The notes beneath the pieces were generated by a model, which saw only the letters and a list, made by a program, of their open reading frames with translations, was not told the DNA's origin and made no database searches. The position numbers and the translations under genes are program-made. A stretch of 64,000 nucleotides of DNA, taken from the sequence record MT135025.1; one strand, 5' to 3'. Below are positions 38,099 through 45,891 of the stretch, in pieces. Position 1 is the stretch's first letter, and every line of letters starts with the position of its first letter.

Positions 38099-38323
38099 TT
38101 AAAACGGAATGTCGTATTCCCAACTGTTGCAACCCTGACCACATACTTTCATGGGTGGTGTCGCGTTGTACAGCTTGCAAATGTTGCGTTCATGGTCTGC
38201 GTGCCCGCAGTTAGAACAATTCTGTAACACACCCGCGTCCATCATTAGCTTCTGCGTCACGATAACTTCCTGCTTAGAACGAAATAACAGGGGTAGTGGC
38301 TTCTCCGTCATATTGACCCTCAT
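38099..38323 (-). CDS. Small Cys-rich protein (start probably MTEKP)
   Basis: CSNC...C...C.SWE..IPF. Confidence 0.55.
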   Translation of the reverse strand: MRVNMTEKPLPLLFRSKQEVIVTQKLMMDAGVLQNCSNCGHADHERNICKLYNATPPMKVCGQGCNSWEYDIPF

Positions 38324-39986
38324 AATCTATCTGTAGGATTTGTGGATAAGGTTTCTTGTTGGTGTGCACGCGAATGTTGCGAGGTGTACGACACTCGTCA
38401 AAACGCTGTGCAGCGTCCGCAATGGTTTCAGGTACATTATCGTCGCAACCTGTAGCTTCACGCCACCAGTCACGCGCTTTCTTACCCGCGAAACCTTCGT
38501 GCTCCAGGCATAGCGGTTGAGTAAACTTGCGCAAACCTGTGTGATATGCAATTTCCAAGTAATCGGGTTTACCCGCACGTCCACCCTTACGAGTGAAGAA
38601 CACACGGCCGACTTTGAAAATATGCACTTCCGGAGGTGGTGCAGACTTCTTAGCACGTGCAATAAGTTCATCTGTTCCCGCTTTAGCTTTGAACTTGATC
38701 TCAGGTGGAAACTCCATACCACACTTAGGACATACGCGAAGCGATGCGTGCATCATAAAGCTACACTGATCACAAATGCGAACAGGTGCTTCACCACCAC
38801 CTTTCTTTTTCTTCTCGGGTGTAACAGGGTCGTTAATCGGTCCTAAGCGTTGCGTGTTACCAGCAAAGTCCAAAACAAGACAATCAGGTTTTAAACTGTT
38901 AGCAATTGCGTCAAGTCTACCTTGCTGCGTTGATAAATCGTAACCCTCTGCGTAATCTGTACGAGTACCGCGACCAAGTATTTGCACCCACAACGAAGCT
39001 GATTCTGTAGCTCGGAGGATACCTAGCAAATCCACAAAAGGCGCGTCAAAACCAGTAGTTAACACACCCATGTTGACAAGTGCGGTAACTTTCTTCTCCA
39101 TAAACAGCTTGATATTTTCGTCACGCTGCTTAGAACTCATCTTACTGTGCACAGCTACCGCAGTATAACCCTGCTCAATGATCTCCGTGACAATGTGGTC
39201 ACAGTGTTCAACACCCGTTGCAAAGATTAGCCAGTGTTCGCGTCCTTGGTCTTCCGCTGCACGAACCATTTCCGCAACAGCCGCGTGTGTAATCTCTTCT
39301 TTATCTGTAGCTTTCTGAAGTTGTGATTGTACAAAGTCGCCCCCTTGTTTAGCAACACCCTTCAGGTCTATTTCTGTGTCAGTTTTGTACGGTGACAGCG
39401 TGCACAAGTACCCCTGATCAAAGAACCAGTTAAAAGCGTGGAATTCAGTTGCATCAACTAGCACATGGTTGAAGATACCCATCTCAAGGAGTGTACCGCC
39501 ACCCATGCGGTAAGCGGTAGCAGTTAACCCCAACACAATCATGTTCGGGTTCATCTTTTTAAGGAACTTGATAACCTTTTGATAACTGGTGTTACCCGCT
39601 TTAGGTATACGGTGACACTCGTCAATAATGAGCAAGTCAATTTTACCAAACTGCCCAGGATTTTTGACCACACTTTGCACACCGCCAAACGTAATTGGAT
39701 ATTGCGTGTCCTTACGACCCGCACCCGCAGAATAGATACCCGCCGGTGCATGTTTCCAAACTGTTTTCAACTTGTCATAGTTTTGCTCAATCAGCTCTTT
39801 TACGTGAGTGAGCATCATTACACGTGTTCCGGGCCATTGCCCGCACATGCGGCGGACAATTTCAGCAATAATGATAGACTTACCCGTTCCGGTTGGGTAG
39901 AGCAACAACCCGTCACCCTTACCCCCGTTACAATAGTATCGAAAGAACTCCTCGATACCAAATTCTTGATAGTCCCTAGGCTTCAT
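38274..39986 (-). CDS. SF2 DNA helicase (UvsW/RadD-like) with a zinc finger
   Basis: PTGTGKS, DECH, GLTAT, VLTTGFDAP, QILGRGTR, CDQC..CPKC. Confidence 0.93.
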   Translation of the reverse strand: MKPRDYQEFGIEEFFRYYCNGGKGDGLLLYPTGTGKSIIIAEIVRRMCGQWPGTRVMMLTHVKELIEQNYDKLKTVWKHAPAGIYSAGAGRKDTQYPITFGGVQSVVKNPGQFGKIDLLIIDECHRIPKAGNTSYQKVIKFLKKMNPNMIVLGLTATAYRMGGGTLLEMGIFNHVLVDATEFHAFNWFFDQGYLCTLSPYKTDTEIDLKGVAKQGGDFVQSQLQKATDKEEITHAAVAEMVRAAEDQGREHWLIFATGVEHCDHIVTEIIEQGYTAVAVHSKMSSKQRDENIKLFMEKKVTALVNMGVLTTGFDAPFVDLLGILRATESASLWVQILGRGTRTDYAEGYDLSTQQGRLDAIANSLKPDCLVLDFAGNTQRLGPINDPVTPEKKKKGGGEAPVRICDQCSFMMHASLRVCPKCGMEFPPEIKFKAKAGTDELIARAKKSAPPPEVHIFKVGRVFFTRKGGRAGKPDYLEIAYHTGLRKFTQPLCLEHEGFAGKKARDWWREATGCDDNVPETIADAAQRFDECRTPRNIRVHTNKKPYPQILQIDYEGQYDGEATTPVISF

Positions 39987-41052
39987 ACTTCGTACCCAAC
40001 TCCACTAATTCAACAGACGTGATAAATCCCGGACCCTGTTTGAAGTCCCGCCCGCTGCGAGTTCTGAGTATGGTGTAATTGTCTTCTGTGCTTCCACCCA
40101 CATGGTCAAAGGACGGTAATAGTGATGGATCGAACACGTGTTCGTTGCACCCCTGCATGGATAATTGTTTATCATGTACGTGGTTGTTTCCACGTCGACA
40201 TGAATAAGTGCCGTCTTGTTCAGCACTCCAGTGACAGCAAGTGCGACAGTTGACAGCGGGAATTTCCTTTCCGTGGCAGACTTGCTTAACGTCACACCAA
40301 CGACATTTCCAAAATGTAATCTTATCGGAGATGCGAGGTAACGATGTTTCGGCGAAAATAACTCGTCCAGCGCGGTTGCTGTATTTCTCAGCAATTTCTT
40401 TATCATACGATATAATTTCAGCATACAGTTCGTCCGTATTTTTGTTAACAACCATAAAGAGAGTGTATGGCAAATTCATATAGTGCATACACTGTTGACA
40501 CTGCACATAGTAGGTAAAGTTCTCAACGCGACAACCGTCTTTAACGAACTTGTTAAACTTACTATCGCTAGCGGTTTTAAACTCGGTGTAACACGCCGCG
40601 CCTTGCGGAACGTCGGGTATACCTAGTGCAACCCCATCTAAAGCTGAGCCATAATGCCCACCGTAATCACTCCATTTAATTTGACCCCCTTCAGGGGTTT
40701 CATACCAAAGCTGAACACCAGGAATGCACATTAACATAGATAAGAAACGTGCTTCCTCCAAGTGTCCGCGGTTGAACAAACGCAATAAGCGCGGTTCAAA
40801 ACTAGGCGCGGCTGTCCAGCGCCACTTTAATTGAATTTCACGATCACATTCGTTACCAATACCAGAGGCACCTTGGTGGTTGCGGAACTTGTCTTCTTGT
40901 CCGCGGTAAGCGTCCTCCATCTTAGGAAATAAGTCACGCAGGTTTTGGCGGAATTGACCACAATTATCCGCAGCGAGCGCGTTCTCAATTGCTTTAAGTG
41001 TTTCAGTCGCGTGCTGAACAGGGTTGGCAAAGTTGGTTGTAATTCCTACCAT
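39976..41052 (-). CDS. Cas4-like PD-(D/E)xK exonuclease
   Basis: ASGIGNECDR, LDGV, EFKT, YVQCQ, CRWC..C, CRTC. Confidence 0.85.
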   Translation of the reverse strand: MVGITTNFANPVQHATETLKAIENALAADNCGQFRQNLRDLFPKMEDAYRGQEDKFRNHQGASGIGNECDREIQLKWRWTAAPSFEPRLLRLFNRGHLEEARFLSMLMCIPGVQLWYETPEGGQIKWSDYGGHYGSALDGVALGIPDVPQGAACYTEFKTASDSKFNKFVKDGCRVENFTYYVQCQQCMHYMNLPYTLFMVVNKNTDELYAEIISYDKEIAEKYSNRAGRVIFAETSLPRISDKITFWKCRWCDVKQVCHGKEIPAVNCRTCCHWSAEQDGTYSCRRGNNHVHDKQLSMQGCNEHVFDPSLLPSFDHVGGSTEDNYTILRTRSGRDFKQGPGFITSVELVELGTKYEA

Positions 41053-41534
41053 GATCCTTTATCCTTAATGTGACGCTTTTTACCCCCACGGTAAACAGCT
41101 TTCTGCTTCTTCTTAGATTTGTACAACTTTAGGCGCTCCTTAGACCATTCAATAACAAACTCACATTGCTCAGCATTAAACTGACCTATGTGGCAATCTT
41201 CAAACTTAATGTTCATTGATGCAGCGAGTGAGGCGTAAGCGTGTACACGTGCACAATACATGTAACGCTTCCATATTTTATCAAATACACGGTGAGCTTC
41301 TTGACGTAACTTACCAGTCTCACGGTCGCACATGAAACCTTTGGGATTGCGGGAACCTTCGTGGCACGCAACCAAAGCACCGCAAGAACCACACAACCAA
41401 ATGTAAGGCCAGTTTCCGCGTTCCTTGCCGTATACAACGCGATGGTTTACGAACTGCACGTGGTCATGCCCACATGCGTCGCAGCTAGTTGGTTCTGGAA
41501 GTTGGGAACGTTGGTGCATTATTTTACTCTCCAT
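41046..41534 (-). CDS. Zinc-finger protein (DUF3268-like)
   Basis: CDACG, WLCGSCGALVACH, AHRVFDKIWK, CHIGQF. Confidence 0.85.
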   Translation of the reverse strand: MESKIMHQRSQLPEPTSCDACGHDHVQFVNHRVVYGKERGNWPYIWLCGSCGALVACHEGSRNPKGFMCDRETGKLRQEAHRVFDKIWKRYMYCARVHAYASLAASMNIKFEDCHIGQFNAEQCEFVIEWSKERLKLYKSKKKQKAVYRGGKKRHIKDKGSW

Positions 41535-41553
41535 AATTACGAATACAGGGGGT

Positions 41554-41587
41554 ATTGTAACCCCCTGTATTAAACTATGCTAGACTA
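41554..41587 (-). promoter_or_regulatory. TAGTCTAG-N20-TACAAT promoter module
   Basis: -10 box is exactly the loop of ACAGGGGGT/ACCCCCTGT. Confidence 0.75.
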
Positions 41588-41599
41588 AGTCTTGCGAAC

Positions 41600-42520
41600 T
41601 TATTGTTGAGCCCATGGAGGGTTGCCACCTTGTGCAGCTTGCTGAGCGTTTGCATCAGACTGCACGTTGCTTGGATTACCCTGACCGTTGTCTTGAACCG
41701 GAGCTTGCTGTTGTTGCTGCTGCTGCGGTGCGGACTGTTCTTGCTGCTGCGGTGCAGAGTTTTGCCAAGGTTGCTGCTGAACTTCACCACCTTGCGGCGC
41801 TGCTTCTTGCTGTGGTGCTGGCTGTTGCTGCTGTGCAGGCTGCTGCTCGGTTGGTTGCTGCCACTGCTGCTGTTGTACCGGCTGTTGCTGTTGCTGTTGC
41901 TGCTGTTGTGGTGCCTGTTGTTGCTGCTGTGGTGCGTTCCATTGCTGCTGTTGCTGCACTGGTTGCTGTTGCTGCTGTGCACCACCGTTCCAACCTTGTT
42001 GCTGTTGAGGCGCTTGCTGCTGACCGCCGAATTGCTGCTGTTGCGGAGCTTGTTGACCGCCACCCGCACCGTTCGCCGCGCGGTAGCCTTTAATTTCGTT
42101 ACGCTGTTCGTAACCGTCTTGTGGCTTAGACAGACCAACTTTCACTTCCATTGGAATACCGTGAAGCTGCATTGTGTCTTGTAGCTGCATCACGTTAGTT
42201 GCGTGACAGATAGCTGACAGTGTGCGTTGTGCAATTTCAACCGCAGTTTGGTTCGGGTTGTTTAGGTTCAAGCGATCCCAAAGCTTACGACCTGCGTACT
42301 GCTGAGGTGCAATAACTTCAAGTGTTAGCAGGATGTGCGAACCGTTGTTAGTGCTGTTCGGTTTCTCTTCAGAGTCAACGATGCGTGCAACGTACCAACC
42401 AAGAGGCAAGTTCTCAAACGCTTCGTTTGGAGAAACTTGGTTAGCGTCAAACATTCCGCCAAGACCTGCGCCTGCACCGATAGAAGAAAGAACTGCGATA
42501 GTAAGTGCTTTAAGTTTCAT
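41600..42520 (-). CDS. DUF669-type ssDNA-binding protein with an N-terminal leader and a Gln-rich tail
   Basis: FDANQVSP..LP.GWY...I..SE.K, GRKLWDRLNL.NPNQTA, NEIKGY; ~130-aa Q/P/A-rich C-terminus. Confidence 0.8.
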   Translation of the reverse strand: MKLKALTIAVLSSIGAGAGLGGMFDANQVSPNEAFENLPLGWYVARIVDSEEKPNSTNNGSHILLTLEVIAPQQYAGRKLWDRLNLNNPNQTAVEIAQRTLSAICHATNVMQLQDTMQLHGIPMEVKVGLSKPQDGYEQRNEIKGYRAANGAGGGQQAPQQQQFGGQQQAPQQQQGWNGGAQQQQQPVQQQQQWNAPQQQQQAPQQQQQQQQQPVQQQQWQQPTEQQPAQQQQPAPQQEAAPQGGEVQQQPWQNSAPQQQEQSAPQQQQQQQAPVQDNGQGNPSNVQSDANAQQAAQGGNPPWAQQ

Positions 42521-42532
42521 GGATATATCCTA

Positions 42533-43276
42533 TTATTGCTGTGGTTGAGCGTTAGCGCCCAAGATTTTGTTGATAACGTTACCAATATGTGGGAACTCAA
42601 TTTCGTCTAGTGCACCCGAACGATCTTTTGCGTCTGCACTAAAGTCAGGTTGAGTTCGCAGAGCACGGTATGAACTCTGGTCGGGGTTGCGACCGCTAAA
42701 GAGTTGGAACACCTCATCTGTTAGATAAGGGGAAGCTGGGCCAAGCTTCTGTCCAGGAACCGAAGGACCCGCAAGGGTTAGACCTGTACCCTCGTCCTTA
42801 TTGCGTTCCTCTTTAAACAGTAACACCACATGTTTCCCGTCTAGGTCGCGGAAGCTTTTGATCACTTCCAACATTTGCTCAAGCATTACACCGTAAGCTT
42901 GACGCGGGTCTTTTGCACCCTTTTTAGCGTGCGCAAGAACTTTTTCAGCCACTTCACTAACAGAGTCAACAATAATCGTTTGAAACTGCTGTGCCTGTGG
43001 GTTAGTGCGGCAGTATTGCTCCGCAGCTACTAAGTCATCAATTGTTTCAATTTGAATAACTGGTAGCTCGTAGCTAATGCCAGGAGTGTTAACACCCCAA
43101 ACGCGCTCAATGTTCTCTTTCTTAAGAGATAGCAGACCGCGCTCTGCACTGATTACTAGCGGCGCCGGTGCAGTACAGCTCAACATGGTTTTACCCATGC
43201 CAGAACGTCCGTAGATGGACATTTTAACACCGTTAGCAACTGCTAGTACATTTGAAGATTCAAGTTGGATTGCCAT
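42533..43276 (-). CDS. AAA ATPase (AAA_24/Sak4-like recombination protein)
   Basis: YGRSGMGKT, ISAERG, IIVDSVSE, AKDRSG. Confidence 0.85.
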   Translation of the reverse strand: MAIQLESSNVLAVANGVKMSIYGRSGMGKTMLSCTAPAPLVISAERGLLSLKKENIERVWGVNTPGISYELPVIQIETIDDLVAAEQYCRTNPQAQQFQTIIVDSVSEVAEKVLAHAKKGAKDPRQAYGVMLEQMLEVIKSFRDLDGKHVVLLFKEERNKDEGTGLTLAGPSVPGQKLGPASPYLTDEVFQLFSGRNPDQSSYRALRTQPDFSADAKDRSGALDEIEFPHIGNVINKILGANAQPQQ

Positions 43277-43305
43277 TTAACAACTCCGGTTAAGGTAGGG
43301 GGTAC

Positions 43306-43339
43306 ATAATACCCCCGCCCAACTATTTAAGCAAGATTT
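43306..43339 (-). promoter_or_regulatory. Variant promoter module AAATCTTG-N20-TATTAT
   Basis: TTGCTT-17-TATTAT; -10 box within the GGGGTA/TACCCC hairpin. Confidence 0.65.
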
Positions 43340-43761
43340 TTCAGTAGGTCTTCCAAACCACCCTTGTCCAAGTTTAGCTCGGTCATAAGGGTTTCAAGTG
43401 CACGTGTTTTCTGTGCTTCACGTTGCAACTCTTCAACTTTCTCAGTTGCAGCGTCGTCCTTAGCTAGAAGGTCGTCGTACTGTTTACGGTCAACCTTAGC
43501 AACAATCCATTTGTAACGGAAAGGTGCGTCAATGTCAATTTTAGCTGTGTTATGGACTCCAGTGACCACAACTACTGTCATGCCTGTGCTTGGCGCGTCG
43601 ACTACAACTTCGTCACCCACTTCAAGCTCCATATCCTTTGGCGCTTTGTAAGTGTATCCCTGACCGATAGCATTACCGTTATGGTCTTTGAAACGCACGT
43701 TAACCGTTACACAGTTAGCAGCAACAAGTGTCATTAGAGCGATAGCAGCGTTGTTTTTCAT
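43327..43761 (-). CDS. Conserved phage hypothetical protein (start MKNNAA)
   Basis: VRF...YTYK...LEVGD.VVV...YKWIV.KVD. Confidence 0.65.
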   Translation of the reverse strand: MKNNAAIALMTLVAANCVTVNVRFKDHNGNAIGQGYTYKAPKDMELEVGDEVVVDAPSTGMTVVVVTGVHNTAKIDIDAPFRYKWIVAKVDRKQYDDLLAKDDAATEKVEELQREAQKTRALETLMTELNLDKGGLEDLLKNLA

Positions 43762-43809
43762 AAATCCTCCGGGATTTGTTTTGTGTGAACCGTTGTTGGT
43801 ATGGGGTAC

Positions 43810-43842
43810 ATAATACCGCACCCCGTTAATTAAGCTAGACTA
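43810..43842 (-). promoter_or_regulatory. TAGTCTAG-N19-TATTAT promoter module
   Basis: -10 box within the GGGGT/ACCCC hairpin. Confidence 0.65.
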
Positions 43843-43847
43843 ACTGT

Positions 43848-44267
43848 TTACTTTTCTTTTGGAGGTACAATTTCCAGCGTTGGGGCCTTAGGCTTAGTCA
43901 CAAGTGCTTCATCCAGCAACTCGCGGTCTTCTAAGCTCAGATCCTTGTACCCTTTAGCAACTAAGCTCGGGGTAAACTTAACAGCCTTGTCTACAACGTG
44001 CTCAGGTAACTCAGCACGCATAAGCTCAAACGCTTGAGGATCGAGTTTAGTCTCTTCACCGCGCACATACTTGAGCACGTAACCAGCACCAAGTTCATGC
44101 TTGTTAGTGCCGTTCTTAGCTTCAGGGAACATCTTGTCAGCTAGGGCTTTACGTTGATCCATTTCAACGGTTTTCAACTCTTTAAGCAGAGCTTGGTTAA
44201 GCGACCACGCATGGATCATCTGATCTGTGGTCATGTCTGGTGTAAAGTGGGCAATCTTGTTATTCAT
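43848..44267 (-). CDS. Conserved phage hypothetical protein
   Basis: E...RK....FP..K.GTN..ELG.GY.LK...TKPKAPTLEI. Confidence 0.6.
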   Translation of the reverse strand: MNNKIAHFTPDMTTDQMIHAWSLNQALLKELKTVEMDQRKALADKMFPEAKNGTNKHELGAGYVLKYVRGEETKLDPQAFELMRAELPEHVVDKAVKFTPSLVAKGYKDLSLEDRELLDEALVTKPKAPTLEIVPPKEK

Positions 44268-44835
44268 CTTCGTTGCTCTCCGGTTCAGCTACTTCAGGCT
44301 CAGAGCGCGGTGGAACCCACGTTGGCCAATCTGTTTTTAACGTGCGGCGGATAACGTCAGCACTGTGTTCCATGGTACTAGTATCAAACCAGTCAATGCC
44401 ACCACCAGTATACACATCCAAGTCCATTGCAATGTCGAGGGCTTTAGTTGCAGAAGCTTTCATTGCCATTGCACCCAACGCAAATTGAGCACCACTACCG
44501 ATCGCGGTACGCTTTTCGTATTCACGTTCCATGTGACCACATTGTTGCTCGCTGCGGAAACCTGTGAAGATTTCTGTTGGTAATCCTGGAGTTACGCGCA
44601 CAGCTAACACGGTGAAGTCACCCTGCGGTACACCAAAGCGCTCACCCGTAGCAATTTCACCAACCGCCCAGTCCACCACTTCGATAAAGCTTGGTGCATT
44701 ACCCGCAACGGTTAGAACTAGTCCATAGTCAGGGTAATGGTAAAGCTTACGCGCGAAGCGGTCACTTGCATGGTTATTAGACGTAACCTGTTTGTCCGTT
44801 GCAAACACAACGCCATCAAATGCTGCTGTGGTCAT
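44260..44835 (-). CDS. HslV/proteasome-beta-like Ntn threonine protease
   Basis: N-terminal MTT, ATD.QVT, RKL, AG, AIGSGAQFALGAM, DVYTGG. Confidence 0.8.
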   Translation of the reverse strand: MTTAAFDGVVFATDKQVTSNNHASDRFARKLYHYPDYGLVLTVAGNAPSFIEVVDWAVGEIATGERFGVPQGDFTVLAVRVTPGLPTEIFTGFRSEQQCGHMEREYEKRTAIGSGAQFALGAMAMKASATKALDIAMDLDVYTGGGIDWFDTSTMEHSADVIRRTLKTDWPTWVPPRSEPEVAEPESNEDE

Positions 44836-44966
44836 TATAAACGCTCCAAAGCTTTTTCAAGCAGGTCTAAGTTTTTGAAGTTTCCGGTTACACGCTCACC
44901 ACCCTTGGTTGCATAGTATCCGAACTTGTTACGTGAAACGGAGTATGTAACCCCGTTCACAGTCAT
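44835..44966 (-). CDS. 43-aa hypothetical protein not in the ORF track
   Basis: MTVNGVTYSVSRNKFGYYATKGGERVTGNFKNLDLLEKALERL; TAATG coupling to the protease gene. Confidence 0.55.
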   Translation of the reverse strand: MTVNGVTYSVSRNKFGYYATKGGERVTGNFKNLDLLEKALERL

Positions 44967-44970
44967 GTGA

Positions 44971-45504
44971 CTAGCTAGACGCGCCAAGGTCAGCCTCCTT
45001 CACAAAAGTACCATCAATCCATTTACCACCACGGTCTTTAATTTCATCGTAAGCAGTTTCCAGAGCTAACTCAGGGGTAACGTCCATTGCTGCACACATG
45101 GTAAACAGCAAACTGAAGAAATTAATAAGTGGTGTGCGTAAATCACGCTTACGACCTACCGCCGCAGCTAGTGCACCGTGTGCAGCAACCAAACGACAGA
45201 ATGTAAGACCCGCATCATCATCTGGATCACGTAGGTAAACGTTTTCCATCAACTGTACAGGATCTAAACCTGACATGTGCGCTTGGATAACACCAACAAC
45301 AGTCTGGTCACCAAGATCATCAAGAACGGTAACAGCTTCCCCTTCAGCTAGGCGCACAAGGTTAGCAGCGAACTCACCCTGCTCTTCTTCACCTTTTACT
45401 TGCTGTGACACAAGCGTAGCACCTTCTTTAAAACCACGAGCGTCAGCCCAAGCAACAACTTTTACAATTAGTTCCGCAAGTTGCGGAGTAGATACATTAG
45501 ACAC
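44971..45504 (-). CDS. MazG-like nucleotide pyrophosphohydrolase
   Basis: WADARG, EEEQGEFA, DDLGD, AYDEIKDRGG..IDGTFVKE. Confidence 0.85.
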   Translation of the reverse strand: MSNVSTPQLAELIVKVVAWADARGFKEGATLVSQQVKGEEEQGEFAANLVRLAEGEAVTVLDDLGDQTVVGVIQAHMSGLDPVQLMENVYLRDPDDDAGLTFCRLVAAHGALAAAVGRKRDLRTPLINFFSLLFTMCAAMDVTPELALETAYDEIKDRGGKWIDGTFVKEADLGASS

Positions 45505-45542
45505 AGGAAACCCCTTTGTGTGTTTGTTTATTAAGTGTGTAT

Positions 45543-45576
45543 ATAATACCCCGCGAACGGGGTATTTGCTAGACTA
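45543..45576 (-). promoter_or_regulatory. TAGTCTAG-N20-TATTAT promoter module
   Basis: Spacer forms the hairpin AATACCCC/GGGGTATT, whose 3' arm includes the -10 box. Confidence 0.7.
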
Positions 45577-45891
45577 AATCAATTTAACGCAGTGCATATA
45601 ACATCCATGTTCTAGCATTTCTTTTGGGCAGCGTAAAGCAAGTTCCGAATCTCGGTTCATAGCGTTAAGCACTTTCCACACAAACTCCAACCCAACACCT
45701 TCGAACAACGGGTTGGTAGATAGTTCGCGCTCCAAAAGGGGAACGGGCACATAGCCCATCTCAATAGCAGGCTCATAACCCACCTCAATGTCATTATCCC
45801 CCAAACAACCAACAGAATCATACACATTGACGGCTTCAATAATCGCGTTAACATGTTCTTGTGTAACAGTAAATACTTCCATACTATTCTC
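45574..45891 (-). CDS. Hypothetical protein (start MEVFTV)
   Basis: GGAG RBS; overlaps the primase stop codon. Confidence 0.5.
   Translation of the reverse strand, partial: ENSMEVFTVTQEHVNAIIEAVNVYDSVGCLGDNDIEVGYEPAIEMGYVPVPLLERELSTNPLFEGVGLEFVWKVLNAMNRDSELALRCPKEMLEHGCYMHCVKLI

Noticed and set aside
39976-41052. Cas4-like nuclease as evidence of a CRISPR system
   Set aside because: No cas1/cas2 and no repeat-spacer array seen; solo Cas4-like nucleases are routine in phage replication modules
41603-42184. Long Leu-rich and Val/Ala-rich + strand ORFs
   Set aside because: Shadows of the CAG/CAA polyglutamine tract of the SSB gene
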